A DNA stretch of 41,593 nucleotides from Acidobacteriota bacterium (GCA_040005945.1 JBDTXY010000001.1:1-41593), one strand, 5' to 3'. Counted from the stretch's first letter, positions 26,950 to 35,475 are shown. Notes: generated by a model from the letters alone, not told the origin. Numbers and translations: made by a program.

Positions 26950-27183
26950 CTATTCCCCGGTGTTCGGAATGACCGTGACGCCCGGGGGCGGCGGGATCAT
27001 CGTCGGGGTCGGGCCTCGGTGTCCGGCCTTCGCGCGCTTCTGATAGGTTGCCGTGGCGGAGCGAGAGCGGGAGGCGGCGGCGGGGCCCGTTTCTTCCTTG
27101 CCCCGGCAACCGGAGACGCGCCCCGCGAAAACGACGAGCACGATCCCGAGAGGCCAAAGCCCGCGAAGCAATCGTCTCACCAT
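26950..27183 (-). CDS. Small putative lipoprotein (77 aa)
   Basis: MVRRLLRGLWPLGIVLVVFAGRVSGC has a lipobox-like VSGC. Third codon positions are mostly G/C, as in neighbouring genes. The C-terminal PPPGVTVIPNTGE resembles the C-terminus of the neighbouring 61-aa ORF. No family recognised. Confidence 0.4.
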   Translation of the reverse strand: MVRRLLRGLWPLGIVLVVFAGRVSGCRGKEETGPAAASRSRSATATYQKRAKAGHRGPTPTMIPPPPGVTVIPNTGE

Positions 27184-27211
27184 GGCTCGATTATCGCACC
27201 TGGCGGCGCGC

Positions 27212-27397
27212 TCACTCCGGGAGTCTCGGGATCGGGGTGACGCCGGGCCGGCGCGCGGGCGTCGGGCGGGGAAGCGGGCTCTGCCGCTTTTCGGGGGAGG
27301 ATCGGGTCTCGGCGTTCCCGCACCCGACCGCGGGCCACGCCACGATCGCGATCAGCGCCAGCGGTCCCAGCGGCTTCCACCATCGGCGCTTGCTCAT
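27212..27397 (-). CDS. Small putative lipoprotein (61 aa)
   Basis: MSKRRWWKPLGPLALIAIVAWPAVGC has a lipobox-like AVGC, then a Pro/Arg-rich tail ending RRPGVTPIPRLPE. It begins 7 nt after the selA stop on the same strand. Confidence 0.4.
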   Translation of the reverse strand: MSKRRWWKPLGPLALIAIVAWPAVGCGNAETRSSPEKRQSPLPRPTPARRPGVTPIPRLPE

Positions 27398-27403
27398 CGA
27401 AAC

Positions 27404-28747
27404 CTATTGGCCTTTCGGGGACAGCGCTCGCAGCGCGGAGGCGATGAAACCGTCTTCGTCGGGCGCAATCGAACGCAGGTCCAGCAGGACCTGATCCTTC
27501 TCGACCCGAGAGACGATCGGAGGAGTTCCGCCGCGCAACCGCGCGGCCAGCGCCTCGGCCGATTGCGCCCGACCGTCGATCGCCAGGGCCCGGGACGGGA
27601 AAAGCTTTTCGGGACTCGTCCCGCCGCCGAAGGCCGCCAGTGACGCCACCAGACTCGCGATCGGAACCGGGTCCGCAGGCCCCGCCATGTCCAGGATGCG
27701 GCGGCCTCGCGATTCCAGCTCCTCGATCGACGCGGCGGCGGCGCGATAGATCGGGAAGGTTCGCCAGGAGCCGGTCTTCCAGGCCTTGAGCGTCGCGGCG
27801 AGGGCCGCCAGCGTGAGTTTGTCGGGCCGCACCGCGCGGGCCACCGGATGCGACGCAGCGCGAGACAGCAGGTCCTTTCGTCCGACCAGAAATCCCGCCT
27901 GGGGTCCCGAGAAGAGCTTGTCCGCGGAAAACGTGACCAGATCGGCGCCCGCCGCCAGGCATTGGGCCACGGTGGGCTCATCCGCGACGCCGAATTCCTC
28001 CAGCGGCACGACGCAGCCCGTGCCCTGGTCATGGATCCACGGCACACCGGCTTCCTGCGCCAGCGCGCGCAGCTCCGCGCCCGAGGGGCGCCGCACGTAT
28101 CCCCGGATCTCGTAGTTGGAGGGGTGCACGGAGAGGATGAGCGCGACGTCGGGGGAGAAGGCGCGCCGGTAATCGTCGGCCGTCGTCCGGTTGGTCGTTC
28201 CGACCTCGCGCAGACGGGCGCCCGACGCCTCGAGAATCTCGGGAATCTGGAACGAGCCCCCGATCGCGACGAGCTCCCCCCTCGAAACCAGCACGCTGCG
28301 ACCGCGCGCCAGCGCCGCCAGGGCCAGCAGGATCGCCGACGCGTTGTTGTTGACGGCCAGCGCATCCTCGCAACCGAAGAGGTCGCAGGCCAGCGGCCGC
28401 ACATGATCCTGCCTGCGCCCGCGCTCGCCGCGGGCCGCATCGAACTCGAGCGAGCTGTAGCCGGCGGCCGCCTCTTCCAGGGCCGCGCGCGCGGCATCCG
28501 ACAGGGGCGCCCGGCCGAGGTTGGTGTGGAGCAACACCCCCGTGGCGTTGACGACCCGCACCAGGGTCGCCGCGAAACGGCGGGTGAGAGCCTCGCGGGC
28601 GTTGTCCAGCAGAGCCTCCGGCTGCGTGTGCCCGCTGGCCATGGCGCGCCGCAGCGCATCCTTGAGGACTTCGCGGCCGAAACGCTCCAGAAGCGGAGCC
28701 GCGGAGGGCTCGTGGAGCAGGGCATCCATGGACGGCGGATGGGGCAT
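27404..28747 (-). CDS. selA: L-seryl-tRNA(Sec) selenium transferase
   Basis: From ATG 28747 (MPHPPSMDALLHEPSAAPLLERFGREVL). Motifs: NATGVLLHTNLGRAPL, YSSLEFDAARGERGRR, ALAVNNNASAILLAL, VSRGELVAIGGSFQIPEI, EVGTTNRT, and the PLP-lysine context VTFSADKLFSGPQAGFLVG. The ORF-track extension to 29212 is upstream read-through. Confidence 0.92.
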   Translation of the reverse strand: MPHPPSMDALLHEPSAAPLLERFGREVLKDALRRAMASGHTQPEALLDNAREALTRRFAATLVRVVNATGVLLHTNLGRAPLSDAARAALEEAAAGYSSLEFDAARGERGRRQDHVRPLACDLFGCEDALAVNNNASAILLALAALARGRSVLVSRGELVAIGGSFQIPEILEASGARLREVGTTNRTTADDYRRAFSPDVALILSVHPSNYEIRGYVRRPSGAELRALAQEAGVPWIHDQGTGCVVPLEEFGVADEPTVAQCLAAGADLVTFSADKLFSGPQAGFLVGRKDLLSRAASHPVARAVRPDKLTLAALAATLKAWKTGSWRTFPIYRAAAASIEELESRGRRILDMAGPADPVPIASLVASLAAFGGGTSPEKLFPSRALAIDGRAQSAEALAARLRGGTPPIVSRVEKDQVLLDLRSIAPDEDGFIASALRALSPKGQ

Positions 28748-28849
28748 CGGGGCCGTCGGGGCAGTCACGGTTCCTTTACTATAGGGGAGCGTGATGCCGA
28801 ATCGACCCGCCGGTGCGAGCGCGGCCGTGGCCCTGCCCGGGGGCGCGGC

Positions 28850-29446
28850 GTGAACATCCCGGCCTGGGACCGCGAGTTGCGCGTGCTGGAGGAGGCCCTC
28901 CGGCGCTTGAACGCGGAGTACGACGCCTTTTTGTACGGCACCACCGTCGTCAAGCCCCCTCAACAGAGCCGAAAGAAGGTCCAGGAAATGTTTCGCCAGT
29001 TGAACGCCCTGGATTCCATGCCCGCCGCGGAGCGCTTCCGACTCACCACCCTTCAGGGGCGCTACGCGATCCTGACCGAGCGTTGGGACCGCCTCCAGGG
29101 CGAAAAGGAGGCCGGGCGCCGTCCGGGTCTCTATGGCCACTTCGGCGAGACCGGTCCCTCCACTCCCGCGGCCCCCAACACGCCCCCCCCGGCCTCCGTA
29201 CAAGAAGAGCACCGCGCCGTACCGGGAGGGTCCGAGCGGGACCTCTTCGAGCGGTATCTGGCGGCCAAGAAAGCCAGAGGGGAGGACGTGAGCGGGTATC
29301 GTCTGTCGGGCTTCCTGGAGGGTCTCGAGAGGGAACGGCGAAAGGCCGGCGAGCGCCTGGGGGGCGGTGAGATTGTCTTCGACGTTGCCGAGCGCGACGG
29401 GCGCGTTCGGCTGATCGCGAAAAAGAAACCACGGGGGACGGGATGA
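28850..29446 (+). CDS. MXAN_5187-C-terminal-domain-like protein (unknown function)
   Basis: GTG 28850 is the first plausible start outside selA. The C-terminal block RDLFERYLAAKKARGEDVSGYRLSGFLEGLERERRKAGERLGGGEIVFDVAERDGRVRLIAKKK resembles the conserved C-terminal domain of the myxobacterial MXAN_5187 family, as recalled from memory. Its stop overlaps the next start (ATGA). Confidence 0.55.
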   Translation: MNIPAWDRELRVLEEALRRLNAEYDAFLYGTTVVKPPQQSRKKVQEMFRQLNALDSMPAAERFRLTTLQGRYAILTERWDRLQGEKEAGRRPGLYGHFGETGPSTPAAPNTPPPASVQEEHRAVPGGSERDLFERYLAAKKARGEDVSGYRLSGFLEGLERERRKAGERLGGGEIVFDVAERDGRVRLIAKKKPRGTG

Positions 29447-30468
29447 AATCTCAGGCGTGGGGCCTGGTGCTGGCGTTGGCGGCGGCGGGGGCCCTGGGAT
29501 CGGAGCCCGGCGCCGCGTCGAAGCCGGCGGAGCCCTTTTACCGAAAGTATCTGGTGCCCGGAAATCGGTTGGACGACCGCATCCTCGAGCAGGAGGGACG
29601 CGTCAGCGCGTCGCCGTCGGACGCATCCTTGCGCAACGATTTCGGCAACCTCCTGGCCGAGCGGCGGTTTCCACACCAGGCCGCCGAGCAATACGAGATC
29701 GCGGCAAAGCTGGACAAGACCAACTTCATCTCCCTCTACAATCTGGGCCTGCTGCGCGAGACCGAGGGGAAGGAATCCCAGGCGATCCGCGCGTACGAGC
29801 GTTCGATCGACCGCAAGCGCGGATTCCCGCAGTCGCATTTCCGGCTGGGCCGCCTCTACGAGCGCACCGGGCGCGGTGGTGACGCGGTCCGCGAGTACGC
29901 TCAGGCGATGCAGATCGACCCCTCGATGCGCGACGCGCACCGGAATCCCTTGGTCATCGACTCCGAGCTGCTCTATCAGGCTTCGCTGGCCAACTACGCG
30001 CGCGACGTCGCGGCGGCGTCGATGGTCAAAGAGTCGGTGTACGTGGAGGAAAGCCGCTTTCGAGCCATGCCCGTGGATCGCGCCCTGACCTCGCGCGAGG
30101 CCTCCGACCAGGATGAGACCGAATCCCACGTGGAGCCCCGGCAGATCGGCACCGCCAACGCGGCCGGAGTGGCGGGGGGCGTGGAAACCACGGCTCCGTC
30201 AGCGACCGGCAAGCGCCCGGCCGCCGCGGCGCGCCCGATGCCGACCGATACGGACCCTCTGACCGGGCGTGTGCGAGCACCCGCGGGTCTCCGCCGGCCG
30301 ACGCCGTCTCCCCGCGGCGGCACGCCGATGATCGCGGCGCCTCCGGGCACCTCGCTGCCTCCTCAGCCTCCCCCGCCGGAGATCTCCCCGCGGCCGGAGC
30401 CGGAGCCGCCGCCCGAGAATGTCCCCGAGCCGCCTGCCCCCGAGCCGGTGGAGGATGAGCCGTCGTAG
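29443..30468 (+). CDS. Secreted TPR-repeat protein with Pro-rich C-terminal tail
   Basis: Signal peptide MKSQAWGLVLALAAAGALG. TPR-like repeats: LRNDFGNLLAERRFPHQAAEQYEIAAKLDKTNFISLYNLGLLRETEGKESQAIRAYERSIDRKRGFPQSHFRLGRLYERTGRGGDAVREYAQAMQIDP. Tail: PPQPPPPEISPRPEPEPPPENVPEPPAPEP. Confidence 0.85.
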   Translation: MKSQAWGLVLALAAAGALGSEPGAASKPAEPFYRKYLVPGNRLDDRILEQEGRVSASPSDASLRNDFGNLLAERRFPHQAAEQYEIAAKLDKTNFISLYNLGLLRETEGKESQAIRAYERSIDRKRGFPQSHFRLGRLYERTGRGGDAVREYAQAMQIDPSMRDAHRNPLVIDSELLYQASLANYARDVAAASMVKESVYVEESRFRAMPVDRALTSREASDQDETESHVEPRQIGTANAAGVAGGVETTAPSATGKRPAAAARPMPTDTDPLTGRVRAPAGLRRPTPSPRGGTPMIAAPPGTSLPPQPPPPEISPRPEPEPPPENVPEPPAPEPVEDEPS

Positions 30469-30472
30469 GAAG

Positions 30473-30542
30473 AGTTCACAGTCTTCAGTTCACAGTTCTC
30501 AGTTTCAAAACTGAAGACTGATCACTGAAAACTGATAACTCC
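30473..30542. repeat. Heptad-periodic inverted repeat between convergent genes (likely bidirectional hairpin)
   Basis: Left arm: AGTTCAC AGTCTTC AGTTCAC AGTTCTC AGTTTCA (30473-30507). Right arm: AAACTGA AGACTGA TCACTGA AAACTGA TAACTCC (30508-30542). CAGT and ACTG cores recur every 7 nt. A perfect 12-bp pairing joins 30479-30490 with 30509-20. Confidence 0.75.
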
Positions 30543-31792
30543 TAATCAAAACTTGCGCGCTCGACCAAGAGCGTGGGCGATCCGGACAGGAACGGCAACG
30601 GGAAGAAATGGCGGTCGTCCGAGACGGCCGTCACCCGGCGCAACAGCTCGGAGAGGCGGCCGGCGGCTCGCGCTCCGCCCACGGGCGCTTGCGCGCGGCC
30701 CGCGGCCACCGAGACGCCGGTGAACTCGATCTCGAAGCGGTCGCTCTCCAGGTCGACGCGAACCGGCGCGGTCAGGGCGGCGGCGAAGAGCCCGCGCTTG
30801 ACCGCGGCCAGCATCTCGGCGGGAGGGATGGGTTGGCGCGACTCCAGAAACAGGCGCCGCGGCCGGACCCGGGGCGAGGCGCGAAACGACGAACGCACAC
30901 CGTGGCCGGTCGCGCGAAGGCCCGAGCGCTTGGCCGAGCGCAGATCTTCCAGCCGCTCTGCCAGTGCGCCGTCCTGCACGAGAACGATCCGGCGCGTGGC
31001 CACCCCTTCCCCGTCGAACGGGGCGTCCGGGGACGCATCGTCGGCGATCGTGATCGCGGGAGAGGTGAAGGGGCCTCGGGAGAGCCACCGCGGGGGGCGC
31101 CGGTTGCTGAAAATCGGAGCCAGCGCCGCCAGCAGCGCCGCGGATACCCCGGGGTCCAGCAGCCACTGGCCGCTGGCAAACGGAGCGGGGCGATCGGATA
31201 GGGGCAGCGTCGTCGCGTCCGAGAGGCGCCGCGCGAGCGCATCGATCTCGGCAGCCCCGTGCCACCGGAAGGGAATCCGGGACTCGTGGCCCCGGGCGCC
31301 GCGGCGCGCCATGGCCACCGCGACCCCGTCCCGGAAATGTTGCGACTGCGCCACGTCGAGCCCCGCGCCGTTCCAGATCCGCTCTTCGACGCGGCCGTGC
31401 CGCAAGGACAAGGCGCAGAGCTCCGCTTCGGCGCGGGACGTCGACGCGAGCGTCGGCGCGAGCGCGTCGAAGAGATCCGAGGGCTCCTCGAGGGGAAGCG
31501 GCGGGGGAGCCTCCGCCCTCGCGCGAGGCCAATCCGGAGGCTCTTCGGTTGCGGCTGGAATGCGCAGGGCCTCCGGGAGCGCTCGGAACAAATCGCCGGG
31601 ATGGCATGCGGCGGCGAAACGCAGGCTGCCGCCCTCGGACCACCGCGCGGCCCAGCCTTCTTCTCGGCGCCACGACCGGCGGCGCAATGCGCTCGAGGCG
31701 TCGATCTCACGGGACTCCGCGGTCTTTTGGTAGAGCTCCCAGGCGCCGGGGGCCCGGCGCTGCAGCTCACGCTGCAGATCCTCGGGAGTCAC
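30542..31792 (-). CDS. PmbA/TldE-like protein (TldD/PmbA family)
   Basis: GTG 31792 overlaps the tldD stop (GTGA). The C-terminal half (ATGHGVRSSFRASPRVRPRRLFLESRQP...RGLFAAALTAPVRVDLESDRFEIEFTGV) fits the PmbA_TldD fold pattern, and the gene is paired with tldD upstream. The ORF-track extension to 32458 is read-through. Confidence 0.75.
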   Translation of the reverse strand: MTPEDLQRELQRRAPGAWELYQKTAESREIDASSALRRRSWRREEGWAARWSEGGSLRFAAACHPGDLFRALPEALRIPAATEEPPDWPRARAEAPPPLPLEEPSDLFDALAPTLASTSRAEAELCALSLRHGRVEERIWNGAGLDVAQSQHFRDGVAVAMARRGARGHESRIPFRWHGAAEIDALARRLSDATTLPLSDRPAPFASGQWLLDPGVSAALLAALAPIFSNRRPPRWLSRGPFTSPAITIADDASPDAPFDGEGVATRRIVLVQDGALAERLEDLRSAKRSGLRATGHGVRSSFRASPRVRPRRLFLESRQPIPPAEMLAAVKRGLFAAALTAPVRVDLESDRFEIEFTGVSVAAGRAQAPVGGARAAGRLSELLRRVTAVSDDRHFFPLPFLSGSPTLLVERASFD

Positions 31793-33135
31793 AAGGCCGA
31801 CCGGACCGCCACGCGGCGGATCAACACGTCGGGAGCCTCTCCTTGCACCGGCACGACCTGGCCTTCCCGGGCGCACCACCCCAGGGCGCGGCACGCGCGG
31901 ACCTGCCGTCCGATCACGGGCTCGATGTTGCGGAGCGTCGCGATCACCTCGCCCGCGATCATGCCCGGACCCAGCTCGTCGGAGAGCACGCCCCGGCGGA
32001 GCCGGCGCGCCCGAGGAAAGTGAAGGCGAAACGTGCCGCCCGCCAGGTCCGCCGAGCCTCCCCGAAATTGGTCGATCCAGATTCCGTTCTGCAGCCGGCG
32101 CGCCATCTCTTCCCGCGTCGCGCCGCCCGCGCCCACCACCACGTTGGATCCTCGCGGCAGCGGGGCCTCGGGCGCTCCGGATCGGCGGCCGTGGCCGGTC
32201 GAGCCCGCGGTCCCCGCGTGCGCGCGATCCGTCAGGCGTGCGCCGACGGTCCCGCTCTGCAGCAGGCGAACCGCCCGCGGCGCGGTGCCTTCGTCGTCGC
32301 GCTCGTATCCGCCGAACAAGTCCAGCCGGCCGGCGTCGTCGGCGACGTCGAGCTCCGCCACGGCCACGCGCGCCTGGGGCAGAGTCGCCAGGGGCGAGCC
32401 GTCCGCGCCGGCCTCCAGCGCGTGGGAGAGGATCTCGTGGAACAGCACCGCGGCGCATCCCTCCGCCAGCACGACGTCGGCCTCCCCGTCGGGCACGGGG
32501 ACGGGCCGATCGCGCGGCGCGGCCGCCGCCGAGAGGACGGCCTTCAACTCATCGGCCGTCGCCTCGGAGTCGGGGGCGTGAAACGCGAAGGGCCGCTGCT
32601 CGTCGCCCAGGCGCGACGCGGCGGTGAACCGGCCCTCCAGGGACACCACGCGGCGCATCGCCGTGGAGGCGGGCCGTCCGGGCGACACCACGCGGCGTTC
32701 CGTGGTCCGGATGCGGAACCGGAAACTGTGGCGGGGCGCGTGGCGCGCGAAGATCCCGATCAGGCGGCGGATCCAGCGGGCCGTCTCGGTGCCGGGCTCC
32801 TCGTCCGGAAGGGGCGCGTCGCGGGACGTCCGGATCGGAAGCGAGGCGCGCCCGGCCGCCGACCGCAAGGCGCGCACGGCTTCGCGAACCGAAGCCTCGT
32901 CGGTTCCTGGAACGTGGACGAGCTGCTCCTGCGATCCGGCTCGCCACCGGGCGCTCGCGCCTTCTTCGCGCCGGACGGCCAGGTCGCAGATCTCGCCGTC
33001 GCGCCATTCCAGCGTCGTCTCCCGCAGACTCTCGCCGAAGACTTCGGCCAGCTCGCCCGGACGCGTCGCGAGCGGCTCGAGCCAGCGGGCGATTTCGGAT
33101 TCATCCCAGTGCACGCCCGTGCAGTGTAATAACAT
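31789..33135 (-). CDS. tldD: TldD-like metalloprotease
   Basis: HExxxH motif in AAVLFHEILSHALEAG. Also GTAPRAVRLLQSGTVGARLTD, STGHGRRS, PLPRGSNVVV, and the C-terminal GGTFRLHFPRARRLRRG. The start could be a few codons downstream (GTG at ~33114). Confidence 0.85.
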   Translation of the reverse strand: MLLHCTGVHWDESEIARWLEPLATRPGELAEVFGESLRETTLEWRDGEICDLAVRREEGASARWRAGSQEQLVHVPGTDEASVREAVRALRSAAGRASLPIRTSRDAPLPDEEPGTETARWIRRLIGIFARHAPRHSFRFRIRTTERRVVSPGRPASTAMRRVVSLEGRFTAASRLGDEQRPFAFHAPDSEATADELKAVLSAAAAPRDRPVPVPDGEADVVLAEGCAAVLFHEILSHALEAGADGSPLATLPQARVAVAELDVADDAGRLDLFGGYERDDEGTAPRAVRLLQSGTVGARLTDRAHAGTAGSTGHGRRSGAPEAPLPRGSNVVVGAGGATREEMARRLQNGIWIDQFRGGSADLAGGTFRLHFPRARRLRRGVLSDELGPGMIAGEVIATLRNIEPVIGRQVRACRALGWCAREGQVVPVQGEAPDVLIRRVAVRSAL

Positions 33136-33146
33136 CCCGGGCGATC

Positions 33147-33425
33147 ATGGGTCTGGCCGATACGAAGAAGGATTTTGTGGCCGGAAAGACGGCCCGGGGC
33201 CTGGCCTCCCGAAAGCTCTTCGCCGAGAAGAGTCCGGGAGCGCTGCGCGCCACGGTGCTCGCCGCCCTGGAGGCCGAGTCCGAGAAAGAGCGCACCCTGG
33301 ACGAAGAGGCTCGCCGCATGATGGAGGGAGCCCGCCAGGAGATCGCCGCCGGCCGCGTGGACGGTCACGAGCTCTTCCGCCGGATCCGCCGCAAGCTCGC
33401 GGAGCAGCGAGGGATCGTCCTGTGA
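33147..33425 (+). CDS. Small DUF507-like protein
   Basis: 92 aa, charged and helical. EKERTLDEEARRMMEGARQEIAAGRVDGHELFRRIRRKLAEQRGIVL resembles the C-terminal part of DUF507 proteins, as recalled from memory. Third-position GC is consistent with coding. Confidence 0.55.
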   Translation: MGLADTKKDFVAGKTARGLASRKLFAEKSPGALRATVLAALEAESEKERTLDEEARRMMEGARQEIAAGRVDGHELFRRIRRKLAEQRGIVL

Positions 33426-33427
33426 AA

Positions 33428-33494
33428 GGTGACAGGTGGAAGGTGACAGGTGACGCTCCTGGTCCCGGTCACCTGCCACCCGTCACCTGACACC
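33428..33494. repeat. Heptad-periodic inverted repeat (hairpin) upstream of the carboxylase operon
   Basis: Left arm: GGTGACA GGTGGAA GGTGACA GGTGACG (33428-33455). An 11-nt loop follows. Right arm: GGTCACC TGCCACC CGTCACC TGACACC (33467-33494). GGTG and CACC cores pair in register, with about 22 Watson-Crick pairs of 28. Confidence 0.75.
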
Positions 33495-33501
33495 CTCCGC
33501 T

Positions 33502-35046
33502 ATGACTCTCGAAAAACGGATCGCCGACCTCGAGGCCCTGCGGGAAACCCGGCTGGAGGGAGGCGGGCGGGAGCGGGTCGAGCGCCAGCATCGCGAGGGC
33601 AAGCTCACGGCGCACGAACGCGTCGAGCTGCTGCTGGACCCGGGATCGTTCTTCGAGCTGGACCCCTTCGTGGTGCACCGGTGCCGCGACTTCGGCATGG
33701 AGAAATCGGCGATCCCGGGCGATGGCGTGGTCTGCGGCCCCGGCACGATCGAGGGACGCCCGGTCTACGTGTTCGCCCAGGACTTCACCGTCTTCGGCGG
33801 CTCCCTGTCCGAGTCCAACGCCGACAAGATTTGCAAGGTCATGGATCTGGCGGTGCAGAACGGCGCTCCGATCATCGGCTTGAACGATTCGGGCGGGGCG
33901 CGCATCCAGGAGGGCGTGGTCTCGCTGGCCGGGTACTCGAAGGTCTTTCTCCGCAATACGCGAGCCTCCGGCGTGGTGCCCCAGATCTCGGCGATCCTGG
34001 GACCCTGCGCCGGCGGCGCCGTCTACTCGCCGGCGATCACCGACTTCGTTTTCATGACGGAAAAGACGTCCTATCTCTTCGTCACGGGTCCCGACGTGAT
34101 CCGCACGGTCACGCACGAGGAGGTAACCAAGGAGGACCTCGGAGGGGCCCGGACGCATTCCAGCGTGTCCGGCGTGGCCCACTTCGTGCGCGCCAACGAC
34201 GCGGCGGTTCTGCTGGGCATCCGGGAGCTGCTCTCGTTCTTGCCCGCCAACAATCTGGATTCCCCTCCGCACCGGGAGTCGCGGGAGCCGCTCTCCGGCG
34301 CCTCCGATTTGAACGGATTCATCCCCGAGGAGCCCGATCGGCCCTACGACATGGCCGATCTGGTGCGGCGCGTGGCGGACGAGGGCGTGTTCTTCGAAGT
34401 CCACGCCGGGTTCGCGCGCAACATTCTGGTCGGATTCATCCGCCTGGCCGGACGGGTGGTGGGCGTGGTCGCCAATCAGCCCATGTACCTGGCGGGCGTG
34501 CTGGACATCGACGCCTCCGTCAAGGGCGCGCGCTTCGTGCGCTTCTGCGACGCGTTCCAGATTCCCTTGCTCGTGTTCGAAGACGTCCCCGGCTTCCTGC
34601 CGGGAACCCAGCAGGAGTACGGCGGGATCATCCGCCACGGGGCCAAGCTGCTCTACGCCTTCGCGGAGGCCACGGTCCCGAAAGTTTCGGTCATCACGCG
34701 CAAGGCGTACGGCGGCGCGTACTGCGTCATGCTCTCCAAGGACCTCGCGACCGACTTCAACTTCGCCTTCCCCACGGCCGAGATCGCCGTGATGGGGCCG
34801 GAAGGAGCGGTCAACATCCTGTATCGGCGGGAGCTGCCTCCCGACGCGCCTCCCGAAGCCCGCGCCGCCAAGGTCGCCGAGTACGCCTCCAATTTCGCGA
34901 ACCCGTACATCGCGGCCCGGCGGGGATACGTGGACGACATCATCGAGCCTTCCGAGACCCGCGCCCGTTTGATCGCCGCGTTCCGTGCGCTGGAGGGCAA
35001 GAGAGTCGCGTTGCCGAAGAAGAAGCACGGGAACATTCCCCTCTAG
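33502..35046 (+). CDS. Acyl-CoA carboxylase carboxyltransferase (beta) subunit, propionyl-CoA carboxylase / methylmalonyl-CoA carboxyltransferase type
   Basis: Motifs: [99 protein letters not shown]. Confidence 0.95.
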   Translation: MTLEKRIADLEALRETRLEGGGRERVERQHREGKLTAHERVELLLDPGSFFELDPFVVHRCRDFGMEKSAIPGDGVVCGPGTIEGRPVYVFAQDFTVFGGSLSESNADKICKVMDLAVQNGAPIIGLNDSGGARIQEGVVSLAGYSKVFLRNTRASGVVPQISAILGPCAGGAVYSPAITDFVFMTEKTSYLFVTGPDVIRTVTHEEVTKEDLGGARTHSSVSGVAHFVRANDAAVLLGIRELLSFLPANNLDSPPHRESREPLSGASDLNGFIPEEPDRPYDMADLVRRVADEGVFFEVHAGFARNILVGFIRLAGRVVGVVANQPMYLAGVLDIDASVKGARFVRFCDAFQIPLLVFEDVPGFLPGTQQEYGGIIRHGAKLLYAFAEATVPKVSVITRKAYGGAYCVMLSKDLATDFNFAFPTAEIAVMGPEGAVNILYRRELPPDAPPEARAAKVAEYASNFANPYIAARRGYVDDIIEPSETRARLIAAFRALEGKRVALPKKKHGNIPL

Positions 35047-35060
35047 CCGGAAAGCACCCA

Positions 35061-35092
35061 GTCGTTAAACGTGAAACGTAAAACGTCAAACG
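35061..35092. repeat. Left heptad-repeat arm flanking the four-helix-bundle ORF
   Basis: GT CGTTAAA CGTGAAA CGTAAAA CGTCAAA CG: four 7-nt-phased AAACG words. Bases 35070-35092 are complementary to 35484-35506 at 21 of 23 positions. Confidence 0.8.
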
Positions 35093-35472
35093 ATTTGAGA
35101 ACAATCCGATCGTTCGGGCACGAAAAGTTGGATGTCTTTAAGATCTCCCGACAGCTCGTGATTGACCTTTACCGGGAGACCGCAAGGCTTCCATCGGAAG
35201 AGAAGTTCGGCCTGGTATCGCAGATCCGTCGATCAGCAATTTCGATTCCTGCCAACATTTCTGAGGGAGCGGCGAGGCGGTCAAAGAAAGAATTCACCCG
35301 TTTTCTGCTCACTGCCCGCGGCTCATCGACCGAACTCCGGCTCTTGCTGGACATTGCCCACGCCACCGGCTTGCTGGCCGATGAAGCCTATTTGGCTCAT
35401 GACGGAACGCTCAATCGAATCTTCTCAATGTTGAACGGTCTAATCCGGCATTCAGACACTCGCGCGACGTGA
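35071..35472 (+). CDS. Four-helix-bundle protein (23S rRNA intervening-sequence protein / Avd family)
   Basis: LDVFKISRQLVIDLYRETARLPSEEKFGLVSQIRRSAISIPANISEGAARRSKKEFTRFLLTARGSSTELRLLLDIAHATGLL shows the family pattern (...QIRRSA.SI..NI.EG..R.S..EF..FL..A.GS..E......A). In-frame TTG 35095 (MRTIRSFGHEKLDVF...) is an alternative start that would place the whole ORF inside the loop of the flanking stem. Confidence 0.85.
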   Translation: MKRKTSNDLRTIRSFGHEKLDVFKISRQLVIDLYRETARLPSEEKFGLVSQIRRSAISIPANISEGAARRSKKEFTRFLLTARGSSTELRLLLDIAHATGLLADEAYLAHDGTLNRIFSMLNGLIRHSDTRAT

Positions 35473-35475
35473 TGT

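Noticed and set aside
29183-29190. C8 homopolymer inside the MXAN_5187-like CDS as a phase-variation tract.
   Set aside because: It simply encodes Pro-Pro-Pro in a Pro-rich linker. The length is marginal for slippage, and there is no evidence of an alternative frame with coding sense.
35071-35472. The four-helix-bundle ORF as the Avd accessory gene of a diversity-generating retroelement.
   Set aside because: Avd proteins belong to the same family. However, no reverse transcriptase gene and no template/variable repeat pair is visible nearby. The ORF is flanked directly by carboxylase genes.
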